Positions 62,842-64,000 of a stretch of 64,000 nt of DNA are shown piece by piece. Origin of the DNA: Mobula hypostoma (Eukaryota). The notes under the pieces were generated by a model. That model was not told where the DNA came from and searched no databases. It was given only the letters and a program-made list of their open reading frames with translations. Both the position numbers and the translations under genes were made by a program. Numbering within the stretch: position 1 is the first letter of the stretch; every line of letters starts with the position of its first letter. The stretch lies in assembly GCF_963921235.1 (NCBI RefSeq), contig NC_086097.1, forward strand, positions 237,958,001 to 238,022,000, given 5' to 3'.

Positions 62842-63717
62842 AGCCTCCCGGACGTCTACATCTGCGCCAAGTGCATCGAAATGCAGCTCCTAAGGGACCG
62901 CGTTACGGAACTGGAGCTGCAGCTCGATGACCTTCGTCTGGTCAGGGAGAGCGAGGAGGTGATAGAGAGGAGTGGAAGGCAGGTGGTCACGCCGGGGCCA
63001 CGGGAGGCAGACAAGTGGGTCACGGTTAGGAGGGGGAAGGGGAAAAGTCAGGTGATGGGGAGTACCCCGGTGGCTGTGCCCCTTAACAACAGGTACTCCT
63101 GTTTGAGTACTGTTGCGGGGGACAGCTTACCCGGGGGAAGCGACAGTGGCCGTGCCTCTGGCACAGAGTCTGGCCCTGTAGCTCAGAAGGGTAGGGCAAG
63201 GAAGAGGAGGGCAGTTGTGATAGGGGACTCGATAGTAAGGGGGTCAGATAGGCGATTCTGTGGACGCAGTCCAGAGACCCGGATGGTAGTTTGCCTCCCA
63301 GGTGCCAGGGTCCGGGATATTTCTGATCGTATCCAAGATATCCTGAAGTGGGAGGGTGAGGAGCCAGAGGTCGTGGTACATACAGGTACCAATGACATAG
63401 GTAGGAAAAGGGAAGAGGTCCTGAAAGGAGAATATAGGGAGCTAGGAAGGGAGTTGAGAAAAAGGACCGCAAAGGTAGTAATCTCGGGATTACTGCCTGT
63501 GCCACGCGACAGTGAGAGTAGGAATGCGATGAGGTGGAGGATAAATGCGTGGCTGAGGGATTGGAGCAGGGGGCAGGGATTCAAGTTTTTGGATCATTGG
63601 GACCTCTTTTGGTGCAGGCGTGACCTGTACAAAAAGGACGGGTTACACTTGAATCCTAGGAGGACCAATATCCTGGCAGGGAGATTAGCGGGGGCTACTG
63701 AAGTGACTTTAAACTAG
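62842..63717 (+). CDS. CR1 ORF1 (CxxC/leucine-zipper region plus SGNH esterase domain), open but 5'-truncated
   Basis: YICAKCIEMQLLRDRVTELELQLDDL, VVIGDSIVRG, VHTGTNDIGR, DGLHLN; no internal stops. Confidence 0.93.
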   Translation, partial: SLPDVYICAKCIEMQLLRDRVTELELQLDDLRLVRESEEVIERSGRQVVTPGPREADKWVTVRRGKGKSQVMGSTPVAVPLNNRYSCLSTVAGDSLPGGSDSGRASGTESGPVAQKGRARKRRAVVIGDSIVRGSDRRFCGRSPETRMVVCLPGARVRDISDRIQDILKWEGEEPEVVVHTGTNDIGRKREEVLKGEYRELGRELRKRTAKVVISGLLPVPRDSESRNAMRWRINAWLRDWSRGQGFKFLDHWDLFWCRRDLYKKDGLHLNPRRTNILAGRLAGATEVTLN

Positions 63718-64000
63718 AATGGTTGGGGGGTGGGAATCAAATTAAAGAGGCTAGGCGTGTTAGTTCACAACAGAGGGATGGGAACTAGTGCAGAGAGACA
63801 GAGGGTTGTAAAGTGAGGGTGGAAGCAAAAAGTACAAAGGAGAAAAGTAAAAGTGGCAGGCCGACAAATCCAGGGCAAGCATTAAAAAGGGCCACTTTTC
63901 AACATAATTGTATAAGGGCTAAGAGAGTTGTAAAAGAGTGCCTGAAGGCTTTATGTGTCAATGCAAGGAGCATTCCTAATAAGGTGGATGAATTGAAAGT
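62842..64000 (+). mobile_element. Young CR1 LINE 5' portion continuing beyond the window
   Basis: ORF1 followed by the APE start LKALCVNARSIPNKVDEL at ~63941-64000. Confidence 0.95.

Noticed and set aside
1..64000. CRISPR arrays, operons or prokaryotic defence systems
   Set aside because: The sequence is vertebrate retroelement-rich DNA; no regularly spaced repeat-spacer array was seen.

Overview
Eukaryotic, repeat-saturated vertebrate DNA. The repeat complement (SGNH-ORF1 CR1 LINEs, Rex1/Babar-type LINEs, HE1/V-type SINEs, Penelope-derived short elements) points to a cartilaginous fish, most likely a ray; this is inference. Nearly all long ORFs are retrotransposon remnants, often nested, and no intact host gene was recognised. 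Two things stand out. (1) At ~28272-31396 (minus strand) a decayed, intronless reading frame of ~700 codons is hidden under four insertions. Read across its stops and frameshifts, it shows collinear motif similarity to beta-COP (COPB1) at only twilight-zone identity and apparently lacks the middle of the protein, suggesting a relic of a divergent beta-COP-like paralog rather than a simple processed copy. (2) More than a dozen Penelope-derived short elements carry a minimal type I hammerhead ribozyme motif, several as foldback structures; one copy lies directly downstream of a GIY-YIG endonuclease remnant. All protein comparisons were made by eye from recalled sequences and need confirmation by search. 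Most element boundaries are approximate.
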